A DNA stretch of 64,000 nucleotides from Octopus sinensis. Lineage: Eukaryota. Every line of letters begins with the position of its first letter. Position 1 is the first letter of the stretch. Location of the stretch: assembly GCF_006345805.1 (NCBI RefSeq), contig NC_043000.1, forward strand, positions 64,232,001 through 64,296,000. The letters are read 5' to 3'. Positions 1 through 14,600 of the stretch are shown here, piece after piece. Under the pieces are notes generated by a model, which saw only the letters and a program-made list of their open reading frames with translations, did no database searches and had not been told where the DNA came from. The translations under genes and the position numbers were made by a program.

Positions 1-377
1 CTAGTTGATTTAATTTTATATTGTCAGCATATGACAGTCTCTACCACATATTCCTTCTATGATTTCATAGCCAACTGCTGTTGTCAACTTGTCTCTTCCC
101 AATTTCATTATTGGTAGATATTTCAAGTGCCTTAAAATAGTATGGCTTTTTCTATAACATGACATTAGTAAGTATGCTATTTTAACATTCATTTTGATAA
201 GATATTAAAGGAAAAAGAAACCAACATTTTATTTATGTGTTTTGTTGTTACTGAAAAAAAAATGGTTACAATCATTTTGGTGGTCTTCATTAAGTATAAG
301 ACATGAATAAAGTCTTACTGTTATCTCCTAGACAATTCTTCATTAATATAGTATATCAACATTTTACCAAATTACAT

Positions 378-599
378 TTAACCTTTTAGTATTCACATTA
401 TTCTGTCAGAAGTAATGCTTATTTATCCTCATTGCTTTGTATTAATCATGCATTATGTTGTAGCTTTGAGATTTTGAAAAGGTAACTTAATTTCCAGAAT
501 GATATTGTAGGGTTGGTGTGAGAGGCCAGACCTGGCCAGTTTGATAATAAAACAGAATATTTTAGCTGGATATGGTTGTTTTAAATGCTAATGGATTAA
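378..599 (+). mobile_element. piggyBac-type MITE (TTAA target)
   Basis: TTAA-CCTTTTAG...AATGCTAATGGA-TTAA; family consensus ends TTAACCCTTTAGCATT / AATGCTAAAGGGTTAA. Confidence 0.75.
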
Positions 600-1429
600 A
601 TAAAAGAAAAACTATTTCACTATAAAAAAAAGGGGAGCAAATTAGAGGAAAATTGTTTTAAATATTTCAAGTTAATCATTTAAATGTCAGTACAATAATT
701 TTAAAAACCGTTCTATGTAGAAAAAGTTTGAAGCTGTGATTCTCCTCATTCTTGGTACCATCTACAATTGCTGAAGAGCCAAAAGCATAAATCTGAATTG
801 TTAAATAATTTCCTCAGATAGACAAAATGTGAGATGGGAGTGGCATGTACAGAAAGTAAAGATGTAACTTTTTCCAAAGTTGTTAGCTAAATAACCAAAA
901 TCAAATGTCAAAATTAGACTTGGTTTGCAGGATTTAGGTTTCTATCTCAGTGTTCAACATGTTAATATAGTAGTTTTTTTTCCATTTAAATAGATTAACA
1001 GTAAGCCAAAATCCTAAACTGTCTATGGTTTGATATCTGGAGATTTTGCTAAAACAAAACCGTAATTTTATTTCATCAATTTCAGTAAAATCATTTTGTT
1101 TTTAAGATAGTTTTTTAATATGAAAAGTTTTAGAAAAATATCATGCAAGCAAATAAGAGATTAGCTCCTCTCCAAAACAAAAAAAGCCTATCCTTACAGC
1201 TTGTAGGTAGTTGGCAAAACAGTTAAATGCAATCAAAAGTTCTGGATAATCTATACTTCTGTCTCTTTGAAGACCAGGCTGTCCATTCCAACATGTAGTT
1301 TCATATATGTGCTACAGTGAAGACTTCCTTACTGTCTAGTCTGTAGATTCTGGTGACGGCTATTTCATCACACTGTAGTATAAGGCTAATAACATGCTGC
1401 TATTTTTATGTATTTTTTGAAATCTCGTA

Positions 1430-1790
1430 TCTTTTACCATTACTTGTTTCAGTCATTTTACTGTGGCCTTGCTGGGGCACTGCATTGAAGGGTTTTAGTT
1501 GAACAAAGCCACCCAAAGACTTTTTTTTCTCAAGTCTAGTACTTATTCTATTAGTCTCTTTTGCCAAACTGTTAAGTTATAAGAATGCAAACACACCAAC
1601 ACCAGTTGCCAAGCAGTGGTGGCAGACAGACACAAAGGCATAAACACACACACATATATATATATGGTGGGCTTTTTTCATTTTTCTATCTACAAAATCC
1701 ACTCACAAGGATTTGGTTGGCCCAAGATACTTGTCTAAGGTGTCACACAGTGAAACAACCCGTAACCATATGGTTGGAAATGTTTCTGAA
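1430..1790 (-). mobile_element. tRNA-derived SINE, same family
   Basis: Reverse-complement match to 22733-23110. Confidence 0.75.
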
Positions 1791-2634
1791 CTGAATAGAG
1801 ATGTGTCAGTGTTTTGGAGTGAATGTACATACAGTGACAAGGACTGGGGGTTGTACAGACTACTAAAATATAAACTGCCCTTTTTGTGTCTAAGTAGTCT
1901 TTTTGGTATTTCATGTTTAAACATGTTTCATTGTGCAGGTGGTTTGTGACAGCCTGTGATAATACAATTGTAGTTTGATTTCTTATAGAGAAATTGTAGC
2001 CCTAGCAGAATTAATGAAGTCAGATCAGCTCTGACTGAGCAGACCTATGACCAAGGCATTCCAGCCTGAAACAACACTGTCTTTTGTTTAGGGATATCTC
2101 GGACTATATTCCCATTTTTGAAGATAGTGAGGGGTGAACTAAGGAAGATTTGACAGCTGTTTCTAGTATATCAAATGACTGCATAAAATCTTTCACTGAT
2201 TGGTGGTATGAGTTGGTTTGTTATAATTGTTGTCTGGTTTTGCTAGAAAGAAGGGTAGCTGTTATTTCCAAGTTGAGCAGGCCTGTGTTCAAAGGTTTTC
2301 CAGTCATATCTCTTTTTTTTTCTGTCATCCAATGTCCTTTTTTTTTTTTTTTTTTTGAAGACTAACATGTTTTTGGGAAAATATGACTGCTATATACGAC
2401 TCATAGAAGTTCCTAGAAAAAACGTGTGATGGATTTGAAAGATGTTATTTTGGAACATCTTGATGATGTTTGATGGTGTGTGGAAATGGTATGTGGTTAC
2501 ATAGAACAAGGTGAGGAGATATCTTTGTGGTACACTGTTCAGGAAATTGCAGATTCTAGATGTGATAGTGTCTACTACATTGTCTTGTTGATCTGAGAAG
2601 AGTTAGTTTGCTGATAAACATTGTGTGGGTTTTC

Positions 2635-2845
2635 TTAACTCTTTAGCATTTACACTAGCCATATCCTGTTTTATGTTCAAACTAGTCAAATCTGGCATCT
2701 CATACACATCCAGCAATGTCATTGTAAAAATAAACAATCACATCGTAGAAATTTCAAACCTTAAAGATAATGCACAATTAATTCAAAACAATGCAGATAA
2801 ATAAGCATTACACTCGACAGAGTAATCTGAATGCTAAGAGTTTAA
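2635..2845 (-). mobile_element. piggyBac-type MITE, same family
   Basis: TTAA-CTCTTTAGCATT...AATGCTAAGAGT-TTAA. Confidence 0.8.
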
Positions 2846-4777
2846 ATGGTTTTAAGTATCTTTTATATAAATGAGGAATAGAATCAAATGTTAATATCAA
2901 CAATAGTTAGAATTTTAATTTTTTATTCTTGTTTATGAGTAGTATATTTGTGATTTTGGGAATATAAAAGTTAGTGGGTACAAAGGAAAAAAATCTTTAA
3001 AATTTTATTTCATTCTGTGATAGGGCTAATAGTAAGATTATCATGATTTTACCCAGTTCCTGGATTGTGTAGATCTGGTAGCATTGTTGGTCTTTTTCCC
3101 AATATAATTTTGTTCAAGAGTTTCATCAATTGACACAAACCTAAACTTTAATACATCTCTTCATTAAGCATTTATGAAATACCTTCGTTTTTTAATGAAA
3201 TTTCGAATGCCTTTTGTAACCAATCAAAGCTTTATTGGCCAAAACTTCCATGCATAGATTGTGAGCACTTATAACCTTATTTTATATATTCATGAAAGAC
3301 CACCTGTAAGCCAGTTTATCCTCTTTAGGATCATTCTTCAAATACTGTTCTTCAGAAACATTTTAAACCATGCTGAAAATATGGTACAGCAGGTTTGGGA
3401 TTTGATATGGATTATATACTAGTGCTGCAAATTATTCCAACACAAACATCCAAAAAAAGAGTTTTCATTAGAATGAGGTTCCATACACTTAGCATAATTA
3501 TTTATCTCTTAGGGTTTTTTTTTTAATCTTAGTACCTGTATCCTTGTACTGTTAAAGGAGACAAGATTGACATTACTGCATTGGAGCATCTTTTGGAGTC
3601 AGTGCAATTTTTGGCATGAAGTCTCTAGGTTCATGTGAATGATGCCAAGATGCAAAAAATTATGAAGGATGATATCATCTGCATGGGAGGTGTGTGGAAG
3701 ACAAAACAATTTTCACAATATTTTTCAAGGGCAAGAACTCATTGACGAACGTCAGAGGTTTCCAGTAAATTTGACTACAAAAGCAATACTGATGATTAAG
3801 AGGAGAAAGATTTAGTGTTGGAGAAGGTGAGGATTAATGGCAGTCTATTACCGTTGAGATGTTCAAATGATGATGGTAGGATCTTTAATGAGTCAACAGA
3901 AGAAAGAAAGTAAATACATAAACCCATAGTATATAATTTGACAAGATATATCTGTTAAAGTAGCCTTTAGGCCTTATAATGAGATATCTCATCCATTCAT
4001 GTTATAAAATATCTTATCAGAGCTTGAGGGATTCAAGTGGACTTTCTTTGAGTTATGATAGACTACCTGTCACAGGGAGACTATATGGTCACAAGAAGTA
4101 GGACCCAAATCTTAAAAAAAAAAGGAAGACATTGAACAATGTTGATGTGGATATGCAAAAAATAAAAAACCTGATCACACTGTAACATGTTTGAAGTTTG
4201 TTCGCTTTAAGCTGATCTGTATTAACAATAACTGTTCACCCCATAGATTATTGTTTGTTTTCCAAAACTTATTCACAATACTTACTCAGCCAAAGTAATT
4301 GACATTAATGATGAAAAAGTTTGTTTACTTTATAACAACAGGTTTAATCACAAATTTGTCTTCACATGTGCACACAGACATTTTCAGTTTTAATTTTCAA
4401 AGTCAGCTTTGACTTCATCCTTATCTTACAAAATAATTAAACACAATTTTAGTAATATAAAACAAATAATTTAAGATTTAGACAACTTGATTTGCAAAAT
4501 TAAGTAGTAAATAAAAATTTAAAACTACTGTTACATGTAACAAGAAAAATATCAATAAAAAAATAACATTTTTTTTTTTTTATGAAAAATATTTACAGCT
4601 AAAGAAATTGATTTTTTTTAAACAGCATACTATTTAAAGGGAAACCAAATTCAGATTTGAAAAGCAATTTCTTACAAATCACAGTTATTTGAATATAAAC
4701 CTTTCCAGTTGTCAATGATGGGAGTGTGTCAGCATTAGCCAACAACTAGTAAAGGATTTATAGTTAGGTAAAAAATA

Positions 4778-5613
4778 TTAAAATACTCGTTCATAATGTT
4801 GGTCAGGATTTTGTGTGGGTCGAGCTTGGACATGGTGTTGTGTTGGACCTCGTCGACGTGGAGGAGCTAAAAATTCAAACATACTGGTTGTATGTTGTGA
4901 CAGCATACGAGATAAATCAGTAGGCATTGGATCTGTCCAAAAGAAATCATGGTTCAAAGCAGTATCACTATCACAACGCTTTGAAGGGTCAAGTGTTAAC
5001 AATTTGTCCAGCAAATCTAAAGCATATTGATCTTTGACATAAACTTTTAAGCGGTCTTTTACTTTACGCTTCTGACCCTTTGGAAGTTCAATTTTGTTGT
5101 ACAAGTCAAGGTTTTCAACATCAGGCCATACTTCTGGTGTAATCGACCCACACAACTGGCTAATCAATTGTAGTTGATGCTGTTCAGTATTCCCTTGCAT
5201 AATAGGACTGCGTGTCCACATTTCAGCCATGATACACCCAGCTCCCCAAAGATCAACAGGTGGACCATAATTTCGTTCGCCGAGAAGCAGTTCTGGCGGC
5301 CGATACCAAAGGGTCACTACTCTGTTTGTATAACGATTAGGCTGGCCTTTCAAACTGAATGCACGAGCTAAACCAAAATCAGCCAGCTTGAGTACACCAT
5401 GTTTGGTAATAAGAATGTTGGCAGCTTTCATGTCTCGATGAAGGACTTTGTTACTATGGATGAAGTAGAGACTGTTCAGTAACTGTTGCATGACTTTCTT
5501 GATTTCTCCAAGAGAGAATTTTACCTGGACGTTGCTTAGCAAACCTGCCAGATCATGTTCACAGAAGTCAAATACTAGATAAAATGTTCCTCTCATCCGA
5601 TTGTAACTTGTGG
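4778..5613 (-). CDS. CDK9: CDK9 terminal coding exon (836 nt)
   Basis: TTTCAG|CC ACA AGT; contains the whole catalytic C-lobe through to the TAA stop. Confidence 0.97.
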
Positions 5614-8600
5614 CTGAAAGAAAATACAAGAATATTTGAAGATTAAAAAATTTAAAAACAAAACATCAAGTGCAAGAAAATAAGAAAGTACAATAGTTAC
5701 TAAGTAGAGGTAGCAAAAAAGACAAGACTTACCTTTAGTTCTGCAAATTTCGATAAGATTAATAATGTTTTCATTCTTCAGAAGTTGTAGAATCTTGATT
5801 TCTCTTAATGCTGTGATGGGGAACTGGAAGAAATCCATCAAAAAACATTTAATTAATTCAGTGTGGAAGAGGTAGAACCAGGAAGACATGGGATGAAGCA
5901 GTGAAATGTGATCTTCAGATGTTAAGTCTAACAGAGGCAATGACAAGTGACGAAGACTTCTGGTGAATTGCTGTGCTTGAGAAGACATGTCACACTAAGT
6001 GAAATCATGGTCATGGCCAGAGCTAGTGACACTGTGGAGTAGTTGGTGTTAGGAAGGGTATCCAGCCATAGAAACCAAACAGACAGGAGCCTGGTGTAGC
6101 TCTCTGGCTTACCATCTCCAGTCAAACTATCTAACCCATGCCAGCAAGGAAAACAGATGTTAAATGATGATAATGACGATGAATGTTAACATATTTAATG
6201 TAGAAACTAACTAGAAATAACTTTGTATTGAAGAATGAAGACTATTAATAAATAAGTAATACTATTTTTAACAACTGTGACAAGTATGGAAGGTATATTT
6301 CAGTGTTATTATAACCTCATCAGTAAAATATAACCATAACTGTTGCAATTGTGAAGAAAGAATCATTTAAGTAAATGTATGAGATTGTACACTGGTTAGC
6401 AAAGAGAATAGATATGCTTAGAGAATAAATAATTAATAAATGATATTTGCTTGAGAAACATTTCAGTTAGGGCTAACATTTCAGGAGCATTAAAGATACT
6501 AATGAGAAATTATGCAGTGCGAAAAAGGGAAGGGAAAAAACACTCGCAGCACTTTTTCAAGAAACAACTTCAGACATCAAGCAAAATTTATAATTAGATG
6601 CCAATTTTTTTTTTATTATCTAGTTAAGAGGGAAAGCAGTGCCCATGACTCTTTACAAGGCTTCCAAGACTGGTGGAGAGAGAGGAAGGTATCTTCAAAC
6701 CAGAGGTCTGGCCTGAACGCTTGCAGCAGAGTGGATTCTGCCAAAGGCACTCAAAGTACCAGACAGTGGTGTTAAACTGGGTGATGGAATAAGTCTACCA
6801 CACATTGCAGGATTTGAACTCACAACGCAATCAATGAGCCAGAAGAAAAACCGAAAGACATCTGGTCTGATATTCTTAGTCTTGCCAATCCACTGACCAG
6901 GATTAGTATTTTTTTTTTTTGACCCCATTTGAACACAAAACAAATACCTTGAGACATTCTGCCCGACAATTTAATGACAGCCATTTTGCTATCAATAAGA
7001 TTTTCTCATCGTTGAAGTCTAAATTAGCATGATATGTTAGTTAAATAAGAATTATTTTGATAAAAATTTTCAGTATAAAACTTACGCCTTCTTTTTCATT
7101 TTCCATCAGAACCTTCTTTAATGCAACTAGTTTTTTGGTCTTCTTACATCGAGCTTTAAATACTTCTCTGTAAAATGAACAATAATAAATATCCATTAGT
7201 CACCTAAAACTATTTGCTGTTTCTAACAGAATTACATTAATAAGAAATACCCCATAATGCAAAGTGAAGCAACCAAATATATAGACATTTCAATTGTCCT
7301 TCTAGATTTCAGCCTTTTGCCAGACAAAAATATATTACCTTTGTGTTTTTGATTTTTTAACTTAATTTTGAAATCTTTTTCATTGATAAAGCTGGGGTTA
7401 GCATTATGGGGACCCACAACCTAATGCCAACCCTTTTGGTACATCTCTTACAACATACAGGTATACAGTATACCAGTTCTGAGCCTGAGACACAGAGTAA
7501 AATTCAACAAAACAAATTCTTGAGTGTAATATTTTCCCATGATTTTGAACACTTTAATATAAGTACTTGTGGAAAGTTGGTGTTGGAAGAATTAAACTAG
7601 CATATATTAGCAATGCATTCTAAATTTTTTGGTATTTACTGTCAGTTGTCCATCAAATATTTCATTTTTGTTGATAAAATTAGCTGCAAAATGGAAATTA
7701 ATAAATTGCTGTTGATAATAATTAAACTTGCTAAAATACATTCCCTTGGTTTAAAATTTTATTTCACATCTGATTAAGATTGCATGCTTTACTTAACACT
7801 TTGCCTGTCCTGTGTATCAGAATTAATACACAGGACATATTAGATCATCCCATAAATAATGCAGTTTTTTCAACTGCATGAGCTAGAAGTCGGAGGGGAC
7901 AGGAGTAGAAGTCAGAGGGGGATCTGCATCAACTTGCTATAAAAGCAGGTAGTAATTTTACCATGACCTTATACACAGTGCAAGTTTTGAAGAGTACAGT
8001 TCAATTTTTAACAGTTATTTTTTGAAAGCTTTAATGGAAGTGACAAAGGAAATTATTTGGCATATTTTGCTTTGAGTTCAATAAAGACAACAACGCAATG
8101 GAAAGTATGAGGAATATTAATGCAGTATATGAGGATCAGACAATAAGCATAATCCAGTGTCAACGATGGTTCCAAAATTCAGAACTGGAAACTACATCCT
8201 AGAAGATCAGTAGAGCTCGTCAAGGACATCTTGCAAACCCTGGTGGAACAAAATCCCATAACTGTTGAGGAACTAGCAGAGAAGCTTGGATCTGGTTGTT
8301 CAACCAGTCATTCAAGTCAGTGCCATGTTCTTCCATCAGGATAATGCTTGGCCACATACAGCGAGGATGACATTCCAAAGGCTGGAGCAGTTTGAATGGG
8401 AAATGATGCCCCACCCTCTACATTCACTAGACATTGCCCCATCTGATTATCATTTATTCCGCAGTCTCCAAAATCATTTGAACAGAAAAAATATGAATTC
8501 CGTAGATGAAGTCAAAACAATACCGGAGAAGTACTTTTTGTTACATATAAGTGAATTTTGGAAGAGGGGCCTTGCAAGTCTACCAGATACATGGAAGAGC

Positions 8601-11570
8601 ATTGTAGAAAATGAAGGAGAGTATATTTTATATAAGGAAAGAACCTTATCTTAACTTTGAAAAATAAAAGAAGTTTTAAAAAACCGCATTATTTATGGGA
8701 CGATCCAATATTTTGTTGGCATCCATATATCATATATCATACACATTCCCAATTTTTCCAGTCACTAAAGTGAAAGAAGTAAAATTCAGTACTCCCATAA
8801 CATAGTTTATTTATACTTTCATACTTTATTCCAATATCTTGTCACAATATTGTTTATATTTGCACAGAATCATTCATTTTTTCCCTACAATACCACTTCA
8901 AAATGTCTTTCAATAGGTATATGATGACACATTAAATGTTCTCCCACAAAATATCCCTGTAAAATAAGAGTGTGTCTTATACACCAAAACAATACAGTAT
9001 GTTGCAAGTTGTAAATCACAGTCTTTTACCCAAGCAGCTGAAATTTTGCACGGAAGCACATCTTTTCAAGGAGTAAAATCATAGACTACATGACATTTTC
9101 CCAATGATTTCTATATTCTTACAAAAACAAAGAATATAATATCCACAAACATAGTAAGACATTAGAAAAAGTTACTAATAAAGTATTTTGGGAGTTGTAT
9201 TTATCTGCGACTTAATCTAAGAGATTGTATTGAAATTAAAGCAACTACATTGTGGAAGAGCAGTTTAGTAACACATAAGGCTATTAACCTTTTGCCTGTC
9301 CAGAGCATTTTCAAAAACTTGTTCAACATGTCCATGTTTGTTTTCAGACTTTTAGTTAGCCTTTGTTTCATACATTCTGAGTAAATATAAAGCTTTCCTT
9401 TTGTGTGTCCCAAGTTACTGTAGTGATTGAGAAAAATTGGAAATAGGCACAGATGTGGCTGTGTGATAAGTTTGATTCCCAAGCACATGGTCTCAGGTTC
9501 AGGCCCACGGTGTGGCACCTTGGGCGAGTGTCTTCTACTATAGTGACAGGCTGACCAAAGCCTTGCAAGAGGATTTAGTAGATGAAAACTGAAAGACCAT
9601 TGTGTATGTATATATGTGTGGGAGTGTATTTATGTTTGTCCCCACCACCACTTGACAATGTTGGTTTGTTTATGTCCTTGTAACTTAACAGTTTGGCAAA
9701 AAGAGACCACTAGAATAAGTACCAGGCTTAAAAAAAAACATAAGTACTGGGGTTGATTTGTTCAACTTAACCCTTCAAGACAGTGCCCCACCATGGCTGC
9801 TGTCCAGTGACTGAAACAAATAAATGATAAAAGATAAAACGTCACTCATACACAATGCAGGGACGTCAAGGAAATATGTCTTGTGTTTCACATGACCCAT
9901 AGGACAGTCAATGGGTTAAATTCACTTTAAATTTATTTCATTAAATTTCAACATCTAAAATAAATTCAAAGAGAATTTAATAGCATTGTGTGTTGTTAAA
10001 AGGCTCTTCGGTGACATACTTGCTTCATTCAATTATGTGCAGCATTTTTTCTTTTTTTCTGTAACTTCAGCTCAGAGCTGCGGCCATGCTGATGCACTGC
10101 CATTCATTATTTATTTGCACATTTTGTAAGCAATTTTAAGTGAATCAACAGTCCTGAACTAACTGATGATTGTCAGCACCTTTTTAAATCAATTTATATA
10201 AAATATAGTAAATCTATATGACTGCATTTATTTTAGTTTATAATTATCTCTAGACAAGACTGTGTATTACTACTGCTAATTTACAATATTGTGACATTAG
10301 AATGAACCATAAACACATCCAACTTCATACAGTAAAACTGAAAATGATAATCATCAAAGCAATCAATGGGTGTTAATTTAACAGAGAAGAACTATTTAAA
10401 TCCCTAAGAAAATTTAAGTACAGGACTCGAACGTTCCCTTGCATTCTCTATTAACAGCTGGTGTTGAGTGTGGTAAACTGAAATGAGCACTTATTTAAGA
10501 CCTTCTCAAGCTTCTCACCATTTTTTCCAATGTCCCCAAAAAGCCCTTTTATTTTCCATTTTCCAGTGAGAGGTGGCAGAATTTTGAAGTCAGAATACAG
10601 TGATGGAACAGATACAAGGAATTTCAAATTATGCTCTAACAATCCCTCCCAATCACTACTATGGTCTGGTACTCTGTTTTATCAACCCTGAAAGGATGAA
10701 AAACAAAGCTGCATTTTATCCAACACTCAAGCAATTCTGCCAATTTGCCACCTCTCAAAGTATTGTGACTATATGGATTAATTATGGAAGGTTAACTTCA
10801 TCATACAAGTAGTTTTCCTTCCAAACTGAAGAACTGTTTATGTTTGACGGGTTTTCTGCACAAAGGACATAGATGAGATAAAAGCAGTCTTTGATCAAAG
10901 GCCAACCCAATTAAGAACAACCTGTGTTTAAACAATAGCTGCTATTTTATTTTGTTTTGAAAGGATTATACCAAGTAATGGACATGCTACTTGGTATTTG
11001 CACAAAGATTCAACTAATATTGATCAAGAACAAAGCAATGGTTACAAATTGGTGAAAATAGCCGGAAATAATAACCTTTTGGACGTTCATTGTCTAAAGA
11101 CATAAAACAACCCTTAATGAAACAATTATAGAAGGAAAATAAATCAAACACTTCCACTAGTAATAACTGAGTGCATGCATGTATATATCTCTTTACTCCC
11201 GGTAAACAATGTCTTGTAGCTCTGCGCTTGTGAAGACCAGTAGAATAAAAAGATCTTACTTGAAAAACATGTAAGTGTTGGCAACAAGAAGAGCATCCAG
11301 CCATAAAATATTGGTTTCAAATTTTGGCACAAGGCCAGCAAATTAAGGGGAGGGGTAAATCAATTACATTGATCCCAGGGTCCAACTAGTACTTATTTTA
11401 TTGACCTCAGACTGCACAGATAAATGAAATGCCACTAAGCATTTTGTTAAGCATGCTAACAATTCTACCAGCTCATCACCCTATCCAGCCAAAAATGTTG
11501 TCTCAAATAAATTTTTGTCCAATCCATGTCAATAAGAAAAAGCAGACATAAAATGAACACACACACACAC

Positions 11571-11629
<59 letters not shown>

Positions 11630-14600
11630 TACATACACATATATATATATATATATACATATATACATACACACATACATATATATATATATAATAATTT
11701 TACATTGTGCTGAAGGCGAACCTAGACAACGCAATTTGCACCAATCTCTTCAACAGCACAGCCTGCAATACTATATACATGTGAGACTTGGGCCTTGACA
11801 AAGAGAGACCAACATCTTATGGCACAGAGAGCCATGGAAAGGTCAATATTGGGAATCTTGCAAAGAGATTACACTTGGAATGAGGAAATCAGGGATATAA
11901 CTAGTGTGAAGAACATTGTCACAGAATACCACCACACAAAACTATGACGAGCTGGTCATGTTGCAATGTTCACAGACAATTGGTGGAGCCATGCAGTTGT
12001 CAAGTGGTATCCACACAAGTGGAAAAGACCACTTGGAAAACCTCCAATCAGGTGGGAAGATGATTTACGAAAAAATGTTTGGAACAACATGGAGGAGAAT
12101 GATGAGAGCACAAGGTGAATGGACCAGACAACCTGGCCAATCCAAGTGATATTGCCCAGGTTCCTCAAGTACCTTGTTTTCTTTTATCTACTTATAACAT
12201 TTGGACCTTCCATTAATGTAATGTGAGAGAGAGGGAGGGGAGAGGGAGAGAGAGAGAAGCAGTAATGGTTTAGGGTAACTGATATCAGAAATGCATCATG
12301 TGAAGGAGAGAGGATGATAGCAAGGTATATAGAAGTATAATGGAATACTGGAAGAGGCAAATAGTCAAGGTGGCAATGGTAAGAGAGTAATGAATCTAAT
12401 AAAAGGGTGACCTGAAGGAGGAGTGATGATTGGCATTATAGGAAGGTGAGAGAGAAAGATGGCAAGCAGTATAGGAGGGGAGTAACAGATAAAAAAAGAG
12501 ATATGAATGGTGTTAGTAGGGGAGTGGGCATGAACAGATACAATGTTTCCCTTATTACAGCAGTGGCATGGAATACTGACTAGGAGAGAAAGTGAGAGAA
12601 ATAAAAAGGCAAAATGGGAAGCAGGAAACTAGCAGGGACAGAGAACTACATGCAATATTATATATCCCAGCCATCACTATTTTAATAGATTTTCACCATG
12701 CTTGAGTGAGAGAGCAAGTGTTTTGTAGCACAGCATGTCATCAATAACTGCAGTCCTCTGTAATTTCCTCAGTGAGATGCAACATCTTGAGATCAGTCTT
12801 ACATCATTTTGTCTTCTCTTCCTCTTCTACAGGTTTGATTAACTTGGGGTACTTAGCATTTTTTTTTAGACATCATCCTCCTTATATATTGTTACAGTGT
12901 AGTCTTCTATCTTGTACATGGCATCTGGTTCCTTTTACAACCAGTTTTTGTCTCAGTTCATGCATGCTAATATTTCCCATGCAGTGGAGCAGGCTCATTT
13001 CATTTCTTTTAGCTTTCACACATCCTCTGCATTCAAGGTCTACATTTTGCTACCTTGCTACAAAGCACTTCATATGCAATCAGTATACAATCTGTCCTTT
13101 ACTCAGAAAGAAATGTTGTTTCCAGCAAAGGTAATAACACCCTGAACCTTTTCCACCCTTTTCTTACATTGATTATTATGCTTCTAGAGCATACATATCC
13201 ATTTCTAATTAGGACACCTAGATAACAAAATCTATCATCAACCTCAAGGAAGCCTCCTGAGCATTTGAGAGATTCTATCTCCTGTATTTCACAGTCTTTA
13301 TTAGTCTGTACCCCCCCCCCCACAACATATAAAGTCTACCTTCTCTATCAGCCTACCTGTGATACCAGTAGATCTTGTACATCCAAAGTTACACAGGGTA
13401 CACCATATAAAATTTCTACTATTCCATTTTTGTATATGAAGCTTGTCCACTTCTCTGATGATATCAGGGCCCTGCTTTCTTTCCTACTTCCTAAAACTTG
13501 ATTTTGCTAAGATTACTTTCTTCTCTAAACCTGCTACAGATCCAATATTAAAGTTTTCTGTTATGGTAGTACAAAAAATGGTAAGAGAGTGATGGATGCC
13601 AATAAAAGGAAACTGAGGACTGAGCCCAGATGAACACCTGTGACTAACCTCACCACTTTCACCTTGCTTTTGTACATGGCTTGTAAGGCTCATACTAGTT
13701 ATTCCTCTACCCCTAACTTCCACAGAAGACAGCAGATTACAGAGTATAGGACCCTGTCAAATACTTTGTGAAATACAAAGTTTGAGAGTGTGTATTCTGT
13801 TGAGGTAAGGAAAATTTGCAAAATTTTAACATGGAGGACAATGTTGATTGAGAAGGATTTGTATTGATTTTTTCATGACTTAAAACTCTGTCCATATCTG
13901 ATTCATAAATAAACCATTATAAGTAATGACAAGAGATCTGTGTACCAATGGCTTTATTCTATAAACAATGCTGTAGTTCAGCCTCTAACTAAAGTGAGAA
14001 AGAACAAACTCATCACATGGTATATCAATTATTAAAAGAACATTGAATTACAGCTGCAATACTACAGTAGCTGCACTTACTTTGATGAGTTTTGTGTTTC
14101 TTTATGGAAGTGAAACTTAACTAGTAACAAAAAGAACCTCAATTTTTACATTCATTTCATTTTTCTATGGTGACATGATATGGATAGGTCTGTCTCATCA
14201 CAATCCCCATTTTCAGGCTCACACAGCAACAGAGAAAACTCTTTGTCTTTGTTGTTGCAAACTGGATTGGATGCAGTTTAATGTGCCACAGCACTAGAGA
14301 GGATGTCTGTAGTGGGATTAAAAGAGCCCTTGCTACTCTTTATCAGTTCTTACTCAGAATTTCTGTCCTCCTACACTAGTAGCCTCTAATACAACATGCA
14401 GAGCCCATATTTCACTTGTATGTTCCATTTTTTGGCATAGTCTTCATTGTCATATAACCATCATCATCATCAACAACATTTAACATCTGTTTTCCATGCT
14501 GGCATGGGTTGGATGGTTTGATAGGAACTGGCAAGGCCAGGGGCTGCACCTGGTTCTATAGTTTGTTTTGGCTTGATTTCTATGGTTAGATGCCCTTCCT

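Noticed and set aside
5593-5988. 131-aa ORF containing FPITALRE as a separate gene
   Set aside because: It is CDK9 exon 3 read through into intron and RTE sequence.
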